This document shows positions 18,386-29,357 of a DNA stretch of 64,000 nt, one piece after another; positions within the stretch are counted from its first letter, which is position 1, and each line of letters opens with the position of its first letter. The position numbers were made by a program, and so were the translations under genes. This DNA comes from an uncultured Planctomycetales bacterium. GTDB taxonomy: Bacteria > Omnitrophota > Gorgyraeia > Zapsychrales > JAHFFX01. The notes under the pieces are model-generated. The model had not been told where the DNA came from. It saw only the letters and a list, made by a program, of their open reading frames with translations, and did not search any database. Location of the stretch: the NCBI GenBank assembly GCA_964464475.1, contig CAYXGG010000004.1, forward strand, positions 4,940 to 68,939, written 5' to 3'.

Positions 18386-20366
18386 GGGTCTCCTGATAAT
18401 AAAAGTATGCTTTTCGCAAACGCCGTTCAAATGGACTATTTTTTCCGGATCCTTGACTGACAATCCCTAACCATTCCTCATGGCTATAACCATCGGCAAA
18501 AGGAAACTTAAACGTCGCCTGTGTTTGCTGAACATTTTCGGGATCATCCCGCGTGTCTTTCCACCACTCATCAAGATATTCAAAAATGATCCCGCCGATG
18601 GAATTACCCACCGCCGGCCCCCCGGCTTGTTGGATCACAATATCACGAAAATTACCCTGATGATACTCTCGCTGACTATCTTCGTCGACCCCTTCGTCTT
18701 GATAGTAAGCATCGCTACCGAATTCGGTGATGACCACCGGTCGATCAAATAACTTCTGAGCGTCGCTCCACAGAGCGCCAAACCCTTCTTTGCCTCGATA
18801 CGAATTAATCCCCAAAATATCGATCTCCGGAGCATGTTCTCGGTAGAGTTCAAACAAATTAACTTCAATATTCCCCACCGCGACGGGATGATTGGGATCC
18901 AACTCATGAATCATGGCCGCTACTTCATTGAGAAACTTCGCGTACGCCACGGGCTGAGTCGCGGCATTCGTGCGCGTGGCGTTAACGCCCAGGTAGTCTC
19001 CGGGCATATTATTTTCATTACCTAACAACCACATCAAAACAAAGGGCTCGTCTTTTAGATCTAAAACTTTAGCGCGTACGAGGTCTTTCATCTTTTGCAA
19101 TTGCTCTGGATCAGTATAATCGGTCCCCTTCTCCCACGAGGCCCCGGAACCTTGCGTGTACGCGCCCAGGAAATCACCTGCAATAATTTTAATACCAAAA
19201 CGATCATTCAAATCTCTCAACAATTCTTTATTGACCAATTGAGGATCATAAGTCACTCGGTTAACATTAGGCAAATACAAACGAATCGTGTTGATGCCCA
19301 TGCCTTTGAGCAGCTTAAAATCCCCCACCGCGGGTTCATCGGCGTCCTGAAAACCATTCGCATTGGCATCGACCCACGCATCATAGGCAGCATCCACCCG
19401 ACCATTGCCATTCTTGTCCTGGAACATCCAACGATCAAGAAACCGCTCGTCGTTGTGCGGTCCAAAACCTATTTCCGTCGGTGAATAAGTAATCCCTTTA
19501 ATAAAATAAGGACGACCCGCAACGCGTAGCTGCCAATGTCCATTTTCAAACTGCACGACTTGAACGGTTCCCTTCCCTCGAGTATTCATGATATTCATAC
19601 CAGATAAATCCGGCAGTTTATTGAGCCGTTGTTCTAAAGAAACCTTTTCGAATTTCCCGGGATTGACTTTAATGATATCGTTGGCAAAATCCAAGTCTGT
19701 TCCATTCTCAACGCTCGCCGAGGCCCCGACCAGCTCCCAACCTAATTGCGGATAATCCCGCAGAATTCTTTTGATACTTTCCAACGCAGCCGGCGCAATA
19801 TACCAAACAAAACTTTTGTCTTCCGCCCAACATATTGAACGCGGAAAATGGATCAGCGCCGCGTAATAAGCTTTAATAGCCGGAATCATCAACCCCGCTT
19901 TTTCCAACGTCACTCCCGTAAAGAACGTCTTAACACCTTTTTCTTCTCCGGCTGTCGCCCACACATAAAAAGCCTTCTGCACGTCTTTTTCTTTCAACCA
20001 AGACCAATGTAACCCATCCAGCAAACCCTGTTTTTTCCATTCCATAAAATTGGGTTCTTGGGTCACGGCAAAATCGTTTGGGTATATACCCGCGCCAATA
20101 TCCTTCTTCAAACGATTAGCTTCTTTGATTTCAAAATGATAAGCGGCGGTATCTACACCCAAAAAATCCCCATAAAGAGAATAGTCGAGCGGCTCTAAAA
20201 GACCAGCCTGCTCAATCGCAAACTGAGGTGCCGGTAAAGGTAAACCTTGAAGGAACTTTATTAATAAACGGTGCGGATCATCGGAAACTTCGTTGATGGA
20301 ATGAACGCAGGGGATTGTCCCCAAGAGAGAGAAAACGACAGATAGCAGTAATGTTATTTTTTTCAT
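18357..20366 (-). CDS. Secreted glycoside hydrolase (TIM-barrel, GH5/GH2-like)
   Basis: Signal peptide; GINTIRLY and LLGNENN motifs typical of clan GH-A retaining glycosidases; 669 aa. Confidence 0.55.
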   Translation of the reverse strand: MKKITLLLSVVFSLLGTIPCVHSINEVSDDPHRLLIKFLQGLPLPAPQFAIEQAGLLEPLDYSLYGDFLGVDTAAYHFEIKEANRLKKDIGAGIYPNDFAVTQEPNFMEWKKQGLLDGLHWSWLKEKDVQKAFYVWATAGEEKGVKTFFTGVTLEKAGLMIPAIKAYYAALIHFPRSICWAEDKSFVWYIAPAALESIKRILRDYPQLGWELVGASASVENGTDLDFANDIIKVNPGKFEKVSLEQRLNKLPDLSGMNIMNTRGKGTVQVVQFENGHWQLRVAGRPYFIKGITYSPTEIGFGPHNDERFLDRWMFQDKNGNGRVDAAYDAWVDANANGFQDADEPAVGDFKLLKGMGINTIRLYLPNVNRVTYDPQLVNKELLRDLNDRFGIKIIAGDFLGAYTQGSGASWEKGTDYTDPEQLQKMKDLVRAKVLDLKDEPFVLMWLLGNENNMPGDYLGVNATRTNAATQPVAYAKFLNEVAAMIHELDPNHPVAVGNIEVNLFELYREHAPEIDILGINSYRGKEGFGALWSDAQKLFDRPVVITEFGSDAYYQDEGVDEDSQREYHQGNFRDIVIQQAGGPAVGNSIGGIIFEYLDEWWKDTRDDPENVQQTQATFKFPFADGYSHEEWLGIVSQGSGKNSPFERRLRKAYFYYQETHESLSASQD

Positions 20367-20502
20367 GATTTATCGTTTTTGTTGTGAACCACACTATAAC
20401 GCAGAATTAGCTAGGGCTCAACGATAAATCTCAAACCAAAAAACAGGCGACGGGCAGGATATCTCGACTAATGTTAATCAAGACAGTGACGGGCGCCCCT
20501 AG

Positions 20503-22365
20503 TTACAACTCAGGCGCCCACTCCACGTAAAACCCATCCACTTTATCACTGGATGAAATACTAAAACCGCGCCGTTTAAAAATACTAAGCATAAGAACGT
20601 TATTTTTCAACACATGCGCGTATAGCTTTTGAATTTTCTGAGTCGTCGCTGCTTTCAGCAAAATATCACACAGAAAGCCGCCGATCCCGAAACCTTGATA
20701 ATCCTCTTTGACAACCAATCCTATTTCCGCGGAACCATCCGGTTGCCGGACGTAGCGACCCAAGGCCACCATTTGCGCGTACGGTTGCCAGGAATCGAAT
20801 CCCGCGATGGCCATGTCCTGATTGTAATCAACAGACACCCGCGCCTGGGCCACGGCATGCGGCAGGGCATCAACATACGACAAATACCGTTGATAAATCG
20901 TCTGGGGGCGATGACTGTAGAAGAAATCTTGAATGGCCTTTTCATCATGCGGGCGCAACTCACGAAAATAAACGGTCCTATCTTTAAAATTCTTCGAATA
21001 AGGGATCAACTCCTTGACCGGACTGTGATCGTCCTTAATAGTCATTTGGTCAATATAAACATAATGTTTTTGTTTTAAATAACTTAACAACTCATCCCTA
21101 AATTTAGGATGCGCGATCTGAATCAATGCCAATGCCCGCTCCCGAATATTTTTTCCGTGCAAATACGCGATCCCATATTCCGTAACAATATAATGCACGT
21201 CGGCGCGCGAAGTGACGACACCGGCTCCAGGTTCTAAATGCGTGGCGATCTTAGAAATCGTCCCGTTTTTCGCCGTGGACGCAAATGCGAGAAAGGATCT
21301 CCCCCCCGGAGAACGTTTAGCCCCGCGGACAAAATCCACCTGACCGCCAAACCCGCTGTAAAAAACCGGCCCCAAACTATCCGAACACACCTGACCCGTC
21401 AAATCGACCGCGATGGCGGAATTAATGGAGACCATGTTTTGATTCTGACAAATCACGAAGGGATCATTGGTGTATTCTGAGGGAAAGAATTGAAAATCCA
21501 CATTGCGATTGATGACGTCATACGTCTTTTTTGTCGCCAAAACAAAACTCAAGACTGACGCCCCGACATTGATTCCTTTTTTCTTATTGGTGATGTTCCC
21601 GTTCAAATATAATTCCGTCACGCCATCGGAAATCATCTCGGTGTGGATCCCTAAATCATTTTTGTTTTTCAAATTTTTCAAAACGGAATCCGGGATATTC
21701 CCGATCCCCAACTGCAAGGTGTCCCCATCGCGAATGAACTTAGCCAAATGCGAACCGATTTGCTCTGAAACAGCATCCGGCTCTCCCTGAGGGAATTCTT
21801 TTAGCGGTTCATCATAGCGGACCAAATAATCAAACGCGGACAACGGCAATACCGCTTTCCCTAAAGTAAACGGCATTTGGGAATTAACCTGCGCGATAAC
21901 AATATCGGCGGTCGCGATCGCGGCCGGTAGAATACTGACCTCAACGCCCAATGAGACCTCGTTACGTTCATTAGGGGTTGAAACCTGAACCACCGCCGCG
22001 TGCACGGCCAACTGTCGGGTTTTAATCAGCTGGGGGACTTCTGACAAAAAGACCGGAATATAATCCGCTTGACCGCGCGCCACCGCGTCCCGCACATTAT
22101 GCCCGATAAAAAACGCATTGTGCCTAAAGGCGAAAGCGTATTCCGGACGAACGTACGGCGCCTCCCCCGTCGCCAACAAATGAACAATTTCATTGTCACG
22201 AAAAAGTTCAGCATTACGGATCAACGCTTGCACGAGGTGAGATGGAACACCGCAACCGGCGCCTAAAAGGATGCGCTGACCTTTATGAATTTTTTTAATC
22301 GCCGCATCCGCGTCCAGCCATTGCGGATGACGAATAGGATATTGATATTCTTGAAAATACTGCAT
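20503..22365 (-). CDS. Acetyl-CoA hydrolase/transferase family protein fused to a C-terminal GNAT acetyltransferase domain
   Basis: N-terminal region matches acetyl-CoA hydrolase/4-hydroxybutyrate CoA-transferase (LLGAGCGVP..., GIHTEM...). The C-terminal ~150 aa carry a GNAT-like Q/R-x-x-G-x-G/A motif. Confidence 0.7.
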   Translation of the reverse strand: MQYFQEYQYPIRHPQWLDADAAIKKIHKGQRILLGAGCGVPSHLVQALIRNAELFRDNEIVHLLATGEAPYVRPEYAFAFRHNAFFIGHNVRDAVARGQADYIPVFLSEVPQLIKTRQLAVHAAVVQVSTPNERNEVSLGVEVSILPAAIATADIVIAQVNSQMPFTLGKAVLPLSAFDYLVRYDEPLKEFPQGEPDAVSEQIGSHLAKFIRDGDTLQLGIGNIPDSVLKNLKNKNDLGIHTEMISDGVTELYLNGNITNKKKGINVGASVLSFVLATKKTYDVINRNVDFQFFPSEYTNDPFVICQNQNMVSINSAIAVDLTGQVCSDSLGPVFYSGFGGQVDFVRGAKRSPGGRSFLAFASTAKNGTISKIATHLEPGAGVVTSRADVHYIVTEYGIAYLHGKNIRERALALIQIAHPKFRDELLSYLKQKHYVYIDQMTIKDDHSPVKELIPYSKNFKDRTVYFRELRPHDEKAIQDFFYSHRPQTIYQRYLSYVDALPHAVAQARVSVDYNQDMAIAGFDSWQPYAQMVALGRYVRQPDGSAEIGLVVKEDYQGFGIGGFLCDILLKAATTQKIQKLYAHVLKNNVLMLSIFKRRGFSISSSDKVDGFYVEWAPEL

Positions 22366-22390
22366 AACACTAACCTTTCTTATTTCCTAC

Positions 22391-23449
22391 TTAACATATT
22401 CTTGGTAATTGTTCCCCGCTTAGCATGTCCAGTATCCGCACGACACCCATCCGACTAACCATCGTGACCCGCGGATTCCCCTTTTCGGTAACTTCCCCGA
22501 TAAGGGTCGCGTTTTCTCCTAATGGATCCGCCCGTAAAATACCTAAGACCCGGTCAACATCCTTACGGTCAACCAACAAAACAAAACGCCCTTCGTTGGC
22601 AACGGAAAGTGGATCCAATCCCAGAATTTCACAAGCCCCCCGCACATCGTCTCGGACCGGGACCGCTTTTTCTTCAATGTTAAACACATGTCCACTGGCC
22701 ATGGCCAATTCGTTAAGAGCGCTCACCAACCCACCTCGGGTCAAATCGCGCAGGCAATGAATCTTGACCTTGGCCGCAAGTAACTTCGCGACCAACCCAT
22801 TCAAGGGGGCGGAATCACTTTCGATCGCCGATTCAAACTGCAATCCCTCACGCGCCGAGAGGATCGCCATACCGTGGCGACCCAAATCACCGCTGACAAT
22901 AATTTGATCACCCACAGCGATACGCGTTGGCGCTATTGTCATCTCCTGTTCAATTACCCCAATCCCCGCCGTAGTAATGAAAATCTCATCTCCCTTGCCC
23001 CTATCGACTACCTTCGTATCGCCGGTGACAATCCGGACCCCCGCGCTGTCCGCCGCCCGGCGCATGGATTGCAACACGCGCCATAATCTTTCCATCGATA
23101 GCCCCTCTTCCAAAATAAACGCGACCGATATATACAAAGGACGGGCCCCCACCATGGCCAAATCATTGACAGTACCGTGGATGGATAGCGACCCGATATC
23201 ACCCCCGGCGAAGAAAATCGGGCGGACAACAAACGAATCCGTAGTCATGGCCACTCGCGCGTTGGGGTTAGCTAAGACCGCCGCGTCATGTGCGGATTCT
23301 AACGACGGATTCGTAAACGCGGGAACAATCAATTTATCCAACAATTCTTTGGATAATTTTCCTCCTCCGCCATGCGCCAACAATAAATGACGATGATTAG
23401 TTAAAGGCATCGGGCAAGAAACCTGTAGAAGTGATTGATCATTGATCAT
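22391..23449 (-). CDS. hypE: Hydrogenase maturation protein HypE
   Basis: AIR-synthase-like fold with the conserved C-terminal PRIC. Confidence 0.9.
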   Translation of the reverse strand: MINDQSLLQVSCPMPLTNHRHLLLAHGGGGKLSKELLDKLIVPAFTNPSLESAHDAAVLANPNARVAMTTDSFVVRPIFFAGGDIGSLSIHGTVNDLAMVGARPLYISVAFILEEGLSMERLWRVLQSMRRAADSAGVRIVTGDTKVVDRGKGDEIFITTAGIGVIEQEMTIAPTRIAVGDQIIVSGDLGRHGMAILSAREGLQFESAIESDSAPLNGLVAKLLAAKVKIHCLRDLTRGGLVSALNELAMASGHVFNIEEKAVPVRDDVRGACEILGLDPLSVANEGRFVLLVDRKDVDRVLGILRADPLGENATLIGEVTEKGNPRVTMVSRMGVVRILDMLSGEQLPRIC

Positions 23450-24561
23450 GACGACACCTGTTTATTTGTCGGCAAGGGCAGATCACGATAGCGATAATAC
23501 GCCGAGCAGGCCCCCTCAGAGGAGACCATCGTCGCGCCCAACGGATGTTCCGGTGTGCATTTTGTACCAAAAGCCGGACATTCGGTCGGTTTAATCGTTC
23601 CTTGCAGTACCAACCCACTTAAGCAATCTCTCGGTTCCGCGATTTGACGCGCACTTAAACCGAAACGTTTTTCCGCATCGAAGGACGCGTAGTCATCGCG
23701 CAATCCTAAGCCACTGTCGTTAATTGCCCCAATGCCCCGCCACTGCCGGGTGACAATTTGAAAAACCGTCTTGATCAATTGTTGAGCTGGGAGATTCCCT
23801 TCGGTCCGTACCGAACGCGCATACTGGTTCTCGACCTCCCATCGTCCTTCTTCCAACTGTTTAACGCAAAGATACACCCCATGCAAAATATCTAACGGTT
23901 CAAACCCCGTGACCACGATGGGCACGCGATACCGTGCGGCGATCGGCCCATATTCATGGCATCCCATGACCGTGCACACATGCCCCGCCGCCAGAAAACC
24001 CTGCACACGATTTTCTTTAGACGACAAAATAGCTTCCATGGCCGGAGGGACCAATACGTGAGAAATTAAAACGGAAAAGTTCTCAACGCCCTTTTCCTTG
24101 GCCTGGTAAACCGCCATAGCGTTGGCTGGGGCCGTCGTTTCAAAACCGACCGCCAAGAAGACCACTTGTTTTTGTGGGAACTTTTGCGCCAGCGTGACGG
24201 CGTCTAACGGCGAATAAACCACCCGCACATCACCGCCCCGCGCTTTGACCGATTGCAAATCCGTCGATGATCCGGGGACCCGAAGCATATCTCCAAAGGT
24301 GCAAAAAATCACCTCTGGCCGCGAAGCAATTTCTACGGCCTTGTCAATAATGTCCAGCGGCGTCACGCAAACCGGGCATCCCGGGCCATGGATCAGTTTG
24401 ATCTGCTCCGGCAGCAATCGATCTAATCCGAATTTAATGATCGCGTGGGTCTGCCCTCCGCAAATTTCCATTAATGACCAAGGGTGGGTCACGACCCGCT
24501 TGATTTCTCTGACAAACCGATGGACTTCATCCGCATTGCGGTACTCATCTAAATATTTCAT
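23446..24561 (-). CDS. hypD: Hydrogenase maturation protein HypD
   Basis: [14 protein letters not shown] and FE..P.. motifs of HypD. Confidence 0.9.
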   Translation of the reverse strand: MKYLDEYRNADEVHRFVREIKRVVTHPWSLMEICGGQTHAIIKFGLDRLLPEQIKLIHGPGCPVCVTPLDIIDKAVEIASRPEVIFCTFGDMLRVPGSSTDLQSVKARGGDVRVVYSPLDAVTLAQKFPQKQVVFLAVGFETTAPANAMAVYQAKEKGVENFSVLISHVLVPPAMEAILSSKENRVQGFLAAGHVCTVMGCHEYGPIAARYRVPIVVTGFEPLDILHGVYLCVKQLEEGRWEVENQYARSVRTEGNLPAQQLIKTVFQIVTRQWRGIGAINDSGLGLRDDYASFDAEKRFGLSARQIAEPRDCLSGLVLQGTIKPTECPAFGTKCTPEHPLGATMVSSEGACSAYYRYRDLPLPTNKQVSS

Positions 24562-24571
24562 GATTAAGTCG

Positions 24572-24814
24572 TCACTTTATCTCTTCCAATTCATCCATTG
24601 CTTTTAAATAATCAAAGACTTTCTGGGCCTCCACCGGATCGACGGTGCTGATCGCAAACCCGACATGCACAATCACGTAATCACCGACTTTGGCTTCAGG
24701 CACGTAAGCTAACGATACTTCTTTGCTGATCCCCCCAAAGCTGACTTTTCCCGCTCGGGTCAATTCTCCCTCCTGCGTGATTTCCGTGATGAGACCCGGA
24801 ACCGCCAAACACAT
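24572..24814 (-). CDS. hypC: Hydrogenase maturation chaperone HypC
   Basis: Internal start MCLAVPG (the conserved HypC N-terminus); about 80 aa. The track ORF has a spurious N-terminal extension overlapping hypF. Confidence 0.85.
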   Translation of the reverse strand: MCLAVPGLITEITQEGELTRAGKVSFGGISKEVSLAYVPEAKVGDYVIVHVGFAISTVDPVEAQKVFDYLKAMDELEEIK

Positions 24815-24815
24815 A

Positions 24816-27128
24816 TTACCCTCTCTTTCCTTGATGCGCCGCCACCCATAATTGGCCCACCGCCAAAGCGCCGTCATTCACCGGTAACTTTTCCGGCAAA
24901 AAAACGCTAAAACCTTCTTTTTGTAAACGGGATTTCGCCTTCCCACTCAAATACGCATTCTGAAAACAGCCTCCGGAGAGAACAATATCCTCCATCCGGA
25001 TCTCCCTCGCCACCGAGACCAAAATCTCGACTAACGTGTCATGAAATTTCCGGCTAATTTGGGCTGAGTCCGTTTTTAAATTCAAATCAATCAAAATGCC
25101 TTGCAGCATGGCACCCCAATCAATCCGCCATTGTTGATCTTTATCAATTAATAAATCAAATGAATAAACTCCCTGGTCCTCGGTCCCGCGCAACACCTGT
25201 TCCAAACGTTCCGCGCCCTGCCCTTCGAAAGAAGCACGGGAAACCAATCCCAACAAAAACGCCACCGCATCATATAAGCGACCGACGCTAGTCGTCAATG
25301 GTGAATTAAAAGAACGTTCCAGCATTTGCTTGATCGCATTAATTTCCACTGCACTGAAAGCGGCTTTAATACTTTCCGGAAATGTCGACCCCAATTTAGA
25401 TTTGTTCCATTCAACAATGAGCCCTAGCGCGCTGCGCCGGGGTTCACGGACCGCGACTTCCCCACCCGGCAAAGGAAAAGGACGAAAGCTCGCCACTCGT
25501 TGATATTTCGCCCCATCCACCGTCAAGAATTCTCCCCCCCAGACGGTTCCGTCCGGCCCCCACCCCGTCCCATCCCAAGCCACGCCTAAAACAGGTCCCG
25601 TCAATTGCTTTTCAGCCATGACCGCCGCAACGTGCGCGTGATGGTGCTGCACGCGGTAAATAAGTTTCCCTAATGGCTGAGCTAAACGAGACGACACATA
25701 ATCAGGGTGTTCGTCAATAACGACGTCTTTGACTTCAGCGTCGTGAAGTTGGCGCAAACTGCTTTGGCAATCCTGGAATGATTTGACAGCCAATTCATTT
25801 TCCAAATCACCGATATGCTGACTGAGAACGATTCTATTCTCAAGCCCCAGCGCAACGGTATTCTTTAACTGCCCGCCTAAGGCCATCCGGCCCGATACAT
25901 TCACCGTAACCTCCAATGATACCGGGGCATAACCCCTGGCCAGACGAATCGGCAAAGTCTGCTTATCCAAACAGCGCACGATCGAATCATCCAAGGCTCT
26001 GACAATAGGACGGTCATGGACCAAGAAAATATCGGCAATTTGGGCTAACCGGTTTAACGCGTCAATGTCCTCAATGCATATCGGTTCTTCGCTAACGTTA
26101 CCACTGGTCATGACCAACGGTCGATCTACAATTTGCATCAATAAATGATGCAACGGCGTGGTCGGCAGCATCACCCCTATATTCTGATACCCCGGAGCAA
26201 TACCCGACGCTAACGTCACCCCTGCCGTTTCTGCCTGGCAGGCCACAATCACAATCGGCGCCGCCGCGCTGGTCAGCACCTCTGTTTCGAAAGCCGACAA
26301 CTTCGCGTAACGCTGAACTTCAACAACATTTTTCATCATCAACGCGAATGGTTTATCCGGGCGCTGTTTACGTTCCCTAAGTCGACGAACCGCATCCTCA
26401 TTCGTCGCGTCCACCGACAGTTGAAAACCTCCCAGGCCCTTAACAGCGACGATCTTACCTTGAATCATTGCTTCCGCCGCCTGTTTTAAAGCATCCCCTT
26501 GGTGTGCCAAAACCTTCCGCGATGAATCCCAAAGCGCCAACTGCGGACCACAATCCGGACAGGCGTTGGCTTGCGCATGAAAACGTCGGTTTAAAGGATC
26601 GTGATACTCTTCAAGGCAACGCGGGCACATACTAAACTGACGCATCGTCGTGTTGATCCGATCATAAGGCACGGATTCAATGATTGAAAATCTCGGACCG
26701 CAATGCGTGCAATTGGTGAAAGGATAATGATACCGTCGATTGGCAGGATCAAAAATGTCCTTAAAGCATTCCTCACAGGTCGCTAAGTCCGGAAGGACCG
26801 GCGCGGATTTTACCCCTTCATGAATACTGGCTCGGATAACAAAACGTTCCTCCGGGTGGCAACATTGTTTTGTCTTTTCCCAATCTGTTATCTTTGAAGG
26901 AAAAGGAAGCTCCGTTAATAGCCGATGTTGAAATAGCCTTAGCTGTGATCGCTCTCCCTGAACTTCTAACTCAACCCCGGCAGAGGTGTTACTTACCTGA
27001 CCGGTCAAGCCGAATTCATTGGCCAACCTTAACACAAAAGGTCGAAAACCAACTCCTTGGACATATCCGGTTAGCACATAATGCCAGCGTTCTCGCCGAG
27101 AATTGAGAAGACCTACAGGTAGTGACAT
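24816..27128 (-). CDS. hypF: Carbamoyltransferase HypF
   Basis: Acylphosphatase domain (VQGVGFRPFV), two CxxC...CxxC zinc-finger pairs, then YrdC- and Kae1-like domains; 770 aa. Confidence 0.9.
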   Translation of the reverse strand: MSLPVGLLNSRRERWHYVLTGYVQGVGFRPFVLRLANEFGLTGQVSNTSAGVELEVQGERSQLRLFQHRLLTELPFPSKITDWEKTKQCCHPEERFVIRASIHEGVKSAPVLPDLATCEECFKDIFDPANRRYHYPFTNCTHCGPRFSIIESVPYDRINTTMRQFSMCPRCLEEYHDPLNRRFHAQANACPDCGPQLALWDSSRKVLAHQGDALKQAAEAMIQGKIVAVKGLGGFQLSVDATNEDAVRRLRERKQRPDKPFALMMKNVVEVQRYAKLSAFETEVLTSAAAPIVIVACQAETAGVTLASGIAPGYQNIGVMLPTTPLHHLLMQIVDRPLVMTSGNVSEEPICIEDIDALNRLAQIADIFLVHDRPIVRALDDSIVRCLDKQTLPIRLARGYAPVSLEVTVNVSGRMALGGQLKNTVALGLENRIVLSQHIGDLENELAVKSFQDCQSSLRQLHDAEVKDVVIDEHPDYVSSRLAQPLGKLIYRVQHHHAHVAAVMAEKQLTGPVLGVAWDGTGWGPDGTVWGGEFLTVDGAKYQRVASFRPFPLPGGEVAVREPRRSALGLIVEWNKSKLGSTFPESIKAAFSAVEINAIKQMLERSFNSPLTTSVGRLYDAVAFLLGLVSRASFEGQGAERLEQVLRGTEDQGVYSFDLLIDKDQQWRIDWGAMLQGILIDLNLKTDSAQISRKFHDTLVEILVSVAREIRMEDIVLSGGCFQNAYLSGKAKSRLQKEGFSVFLPEKLPVNDGALAVGQLWVAAHQGKRG

Positions 27129-27147
27129 TGCTCATGCTTTCGCTGAG

Positions 27148-27483
27148 TTAACTTTCTATTTGCGTCGTAATGGTATTACCTTGTACCACTTCCACATTGC
27201 GGGACAGACAAGACGAACACATCAACAAATGGTGGTCTTCCACCGGTCCGCGTTGGCCGCAAGCGCGGCACAGGACTTCCACCGGGACCTCTTCAAAATC
27301 AATGGGTATCCGCTCCAGCGCGGTCGATTGCGTACGCATTTGGTAATGAAACAGGACCGAATCTTTATGCAAATGAAACATCTCTCCCACACGGACACGG
27401 ATATTTTTTGGTTCTCCCTCTTGTTTCTTCAAGTCCGCTAAGATGACTTCGATAATCTTTTCTGTAAATCCCGCTTCATGCAT
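27148..27483 (-). CDS. hypA: Hydrogenase nickel-incorporation protein HypA
   Basis: MHE N-terminus and a C-terminal CxxC...CxxC zinc site (CRACG...CSSC). Confidence 0.85.
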   Translation of the reverse strand: MHEAGFTEKIIEVILADLKKQEGEPKNIRVRVGEMFHLHKDSVLFHYQMRTQSTALERIPIDFEEVPVEVLCRACGQRGPVEDHHLLMCSSCLSRNVEVVQGNTITTQIES

Positions 27484-27940
27484 AGACCACCTGACCGTTT
27501 ATCCAAGCCGTTATTTTCTCCAAAGCCGAACGCAACCTTAACTTTCCCAAAAATGAAAGCTGATCTCCAACATCAAAATGCTCACCCCGAATCTGGCAAA
27601 TATACATTTCCCATTCTTTTTGATAAAGTTGTCGGCCTAATCGGCCCAATAATTCCGGGCTAAGATGATGCGATGATGCCAAAGCTGGCCCATCATGGAC
27701 CTCTAATTTCCTCAGCAATACATCGTTACCCCCAACCGCCGCGTCAATAAACAACAACCGATCATATTTGATCGCTTCTTCCAACAGCTCAATCTGCAAC
27801 TGCTGGCAGGTCATCACCGAAACCCCCGGCAGGTTTTCTTTTTGCAATGCAGCGGCCGCCGCCCACCCCAGACCGTCATCCTGGCGCATGGGATTACCGT
27901 ATCCAATAATCAAGGTGTTAACCACCGCGTTTGATGACAT
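27476..27940 (-). CDS. hoxW: Hydrogenase maturation endopeptidase (HoxW/HycI family)
   Basis: Start likely at the internal Met (MSSNAVVNTLIIGYGNPMRQDDGLG), the conserved G.GN...DDG.G signature. The track ORF extends to 28027. Confidence 0.75.
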   Translation of the reverse strand: MSSNAVVNTLIIGYGNPMRQDDGLGWAAAAALQKENLPGVSVMTCQQLQIELLEEAIKYDRLLFIDAAVGGNDVLLRKLEVHDGPALASSHHLSPELLGRLGRQLYQKEWEMYICQIRGEHFDVGDQLSFLGKLRLRSALEKITAWINGQVVYA

Positions 27941-29357
27941 TGACCAGCTCTCCCTTCTGATCAAGAATTTCAACCAACAACGGCATCGCCCCGATAGAAT
28001 GGGTTGAACAAGACAAACAAGGGTCATAACAACGGATCGCGGCTTCGACCCGATTGAGCGCGCCTTCTTTAATTGATGGACCGCGCACGTATTGCCGCGC
28101 GACTTCCAACACCGACCGATTCATCGATGGATTATTCTGTCCCGTGGCGATCAGCAAATTGACTTTCTGTAAAATACCATTTTTGTCCGTCGTGTAATGA
28201 TGGAACAAGGTCCCGCGCGGGGCCTCAGAGCAACCGATCCCTTCCGTCCGGTTTCGCTGAGCGTGCGCCTGCAATTGATCCCCCAACACCTCCGGATCAT
28301 TAAGAATATCCCGCACCAGTTCAATACAATTAAGAACTTCAACTAAACGCGCGTAATGAAAGAAAAATGAACCGTTGACCGGTAGTCCTTTATTAATCGC
28401 TTTAAATTGCAGGAACTCCTCTTGCGCCAACGGCGTTCGGATGCGACTGGCGACGTTAAGTCGCGACAAAGGACCGACCCGATAAAATCCATCCGGGTAA
28501 CCCAAAGGTTTGTAATAAGGATATTTTAAATAGGACCAATCAATCGGTCTTTCGGCAATAAACGACAAATAGTCTTCCGGTTTCAGCTGATCTCCTAATA
28601 TCTTTCCCTGACTATCCACCATCCTCAAGTTGCCTTCATATAATTCATGTTCACCTTGAGGCCCAACGAGTCCCAAATGCAAGGTGGGAAAATTCGCGAA
28701 AGTGCTTACCTCTTCGGGATGAGCGGCGTGATAGTCTTTTATTAATTTGATCCCCTGGCGAGTGGTCTCTAACACTTCCGGGACCCAATCGAGGAGCGCC
28801 TGGCGATTTTCCGGCGTTAAACGATAAAGAAAACCTCCCGGAACAATACCCATGACGTGGATCTTTTTTCCGGTCAACCGTTCGCTTAATTCCTGACCAA
28901 ATTTTCGCAAGCGGATTCCCCGTACGGCCAAGTCCGGAAACTTATTGGCGATCTCAATAATGTTTCTTTTCTCCGGTTCCGCGTCCCAACCGAACAAAAA
29001 ATCCGGCGAGGACAAATGAAAAAAACTTAACGCATGCGATGAAAGCACCTGCCCCAAATGCGTCAAGCGGCGCAACAACGTCCCTGTGTACGGGACCTTC
29101 ACCTGCATGATCATCTCGCACGCTTTAGCACTGGCCACCGCGTGGCTGACCGGACAAATCCCGCAAATGCGCGGGGTGATCGATGGCATTTCCGTAAAAA
29201 GCCGCCCTTCACAAAATTTCTCAAAACCACGAAATTCATTCACGTGAAAACGTGCGTCTTTAACCTGGCCGTCTTTGTCCAACTGCAAAGTAATTTTCGC
29301 GTGCCCTTCAATGCGGGTCACCGGACTGATGGTGATTTTCTGTTCCTGGTTAACCAT
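27918..29357 (-). CDS. hoxH: Bidirectional NAD(P)-linked [NiFe] hydrogenase large subunit HoxH (group 3d)
   Basis: N-terminal RIEGH and CGICP ... C-terminal DPCLSCSTH Ni-Fe ligand motifs, with a C-terminal extension for HoxW processing. True start likely MVNQEQK (29357); the track ORF extends to 29420. Confidence 0.9.
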   Translation of the reverse strand: MVNQEQKITISPVTRIEGHAKITLQLDKDGQVKDARFHVNEFRGFEKFCEGRLFTEMPSITPRICGICPVSHAVASAKACEMIMQVKVPYTGTLLRRLTHLGQVLSSHALSFFHLSSPDFLFGWDAEPEKRNIIEIANKFPDLAVRGIRLRKFGQELSERLTGKKIHVMGIVPGGFLYRLTPENRQALLDWVPEVLETTRQGIKLIKDYHAAHPEEVSTFANFPTLHLGLVGPQGEHELYEGNLRMVDSQGKILGDQLKPEDYLSFIAERPIDWSYLKYPYYKPLGYPDGFYRVGPLSRLNVASRIRTPLAQEEFLQFKAINKGLPVNGSFFFHYARLVEVLNCIELVRDILNDPEVLGDQLQAHAQRNRTEGIGCSEAPRGTLFHHYTTDKNGILQKVNLLIATGQNNPSMNRSVLEVARQYVRGPSIKEGALNRVEAAIRCYDPCLSCSTHSIGAMPLLVEILDQKGELVNVIKRGG

